This document shows, one piece after another, positions 63,401 to 64,000 of a stretch of DNA of 64,000 nucleotides (positions are counted from its first letter, which is position 1; each line of letters begins with the position of its first letter). Source of the stretch: the human T2T-CHM13v2.0 reference genome, Homo sapiens; assembly GCF_009914755.1 (NCBI RefSeq), contig NC_060929.1, one strand, 5' to 3'. The notes beneath the pieces are model-generated. The model did no database searches, was not told where the DNA came from, and saw only the letters and a list, made by a program, of their open reading frames with translations. The position numbers and the translations under genes are program-made.

Positions 63401-64000
63401 ATTTTTTCATATAAGGCTAGACAGAAGAATTCCCAGTAACTTCCTTGTGTTGTGTGTGTTCAACTCACAGAGTTGAACTTTCATTTACACAGAGCAGATT
63501 TGAAACACTCTTTTTGTGGAATTTGCAAGTGGAGATTTCAAGCGCTGTGAGGCCAAAGGCAGAAAAGGAAATATCTTCGTATAAAAACTAGACAGAATCA
63601 TTCTCAGAAACTGCTCTGCGATGTGTGCGTTCAACTCTCAGAGTTTAACTTTTCTTTTCATTCAGCAGTTTGGAAACACTCTGTTTGTAAAGTCTGCACG
63701 TGGATAATTTGACCACTTAGAGGCCTTCGTTGGAAACGGGTTTTTTTCATGTAAGGCTAGACAGAAGAATTCTCAGTAACTTCCTTGTGTTGTGTGTATT
63801 CAACTCACAGAGTTGAACGATCCTTTACACAGAGCAGACTTGTAACACTCTTTTTGTGGAATTTGCAAGTGGAGATTTCAGCCGCTTTGAAGTCAAAGGT
63901 AGAAAAGGAAATATCTTCCTATAAAAACTAGACAGAATGATTCTCAGAAACTCCTTTGTGATGTGTGCGTTCAACTCACAGAGTTTAACCTTTCTTTTCA
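60459..64000 (+). repeat. Expanded HOR, probably >=24-mer, truncated by the window end
   Basis: After the head, tetramers start at 61219, 61899, 62578, 63257 and ~63937 with no new landmark dimer. Confidence 0.8.

Larger units (their letters stand above)
1..64000 (+). repeat. Centromeric alpha-satellite higher-order repeat array, dimeric suprachromosomal family 1 (J1/J2 type)
   Basis: Continuous tandem ~170-bp monomers with hallmark alphoid motifs (CATTCTCAGAAACT, TTCAACTCACAGAGTT, TTTGAAACACTCTTTTTGTGGAATTTGCAAGTGGA). There is a ~340-bp dimer period with a CENP-B box in every second monomer and GAATTC about every 340 bp. All units are in one orientation. Confidence 0.99.
1..64000 (+). other. 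Probable family assignment: active HOR family of human chr1/5/19 (D1Z7/D5Z2/D19Z3, S1C1/5/19H1L)
   Basis: SF1 dimer organisation, very high unit-to-unit identity, CENP-B boxes followed by GGGTTTTTTTCAT, a 1019-bp 6-mer among the variants, and extensive even-numbered length variation. The assignment is from recognition only, and the chromosome cannot be fixed without a search. Confidence 0.7.

Noticed and set aside
59-63439. About 190 short ORFs (60-99 aa) on both strands, repeated with near-identical translations
   Set aside because: They are chance open frames in satellite monomers. They recur at the repeat period, overlap on opposite strands, are opened and closed by single SNVs or 1-bp indels, and resemble no real protein family. 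I used them only as positional markers.
1-64000. CRISPR-like or other repeat-spacer array
   Set aside because: There are no unique spacers: sequence between conserved motifs is itself repeated. No cas or other genes are present.
1-64000. Embedded transposon (L1/Alu), inversion or non-satellite island
   Set aside because: Every spacing between landmarks is a multiple of ~340 bp within a few bases, and all CENP-B boxes read on the + strand. No foreign sequence was seen.
1-64000. Order of HOR lengths as a code or programmed rearrangement system
   Set aside because: The pattern is adequately explained by unequal exchange, tandem duplication and conversion. Breakpoints fall at varied positions, with no recombinase-site signature.
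1-64000. Assignment to one specific chromosome (1, 5 or 19), or to a modelled rather than real assembly
   Set aside because: This cannot be decided by eye. Long-range linkage of rare variants argues for a real contiguous assembly, but a database search is required.

Overview
The whole 64-kb window is one uninterrupted, single-orientation array of primate (very probably human) centromeric alpha-satellite DNA. It contains no genes, RNA genes, CRISPR arrays, transposon insertions or inversions; the ORF track is a by-product of the repeat. Monomers of ~170 bp alternate as A-type (pJalpha-like box) and B-type (CENP-B box), giving a ~340-bp dimer with an EcoRI site. This is the suprachromosomal family 1 (J1/J2) organisation, and it most resembles the active D1Z7/D5Z2/D19Z3 family of chromosomes 1/5/19 (recognised by eye, not by database search). 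Using the one distinctive dimer (ATTCCCACAAACTGCG) as a landmark, the higher-order repeats (HORs) measure 1019, 1359, 2038, 2718/2719, 3059, 3398 and >3541 bp (6-, 8-, 12-, 16-, 18-, 20- and >=24-mers). Most follow the rule 'head tetramer H + n x ~680-bp tetramer'. The fullest recurrent form is a 20-mer (H-T1-T2-T3-T4), and the shorter forms look like in-register deletion or hybrid derivatives of it. Shared single-base variants reveal a 5436-bp tandem duplication, a 2718-bp duplication series, a recurring 8-mer+20-mer super-unit, alternating haplotype domains and one locally diverged insertion. I found no new gene-based biological system. What is interesting is the recombination history recorded in the array. 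All comparisons were made by eye and should be confirmed by alignment.
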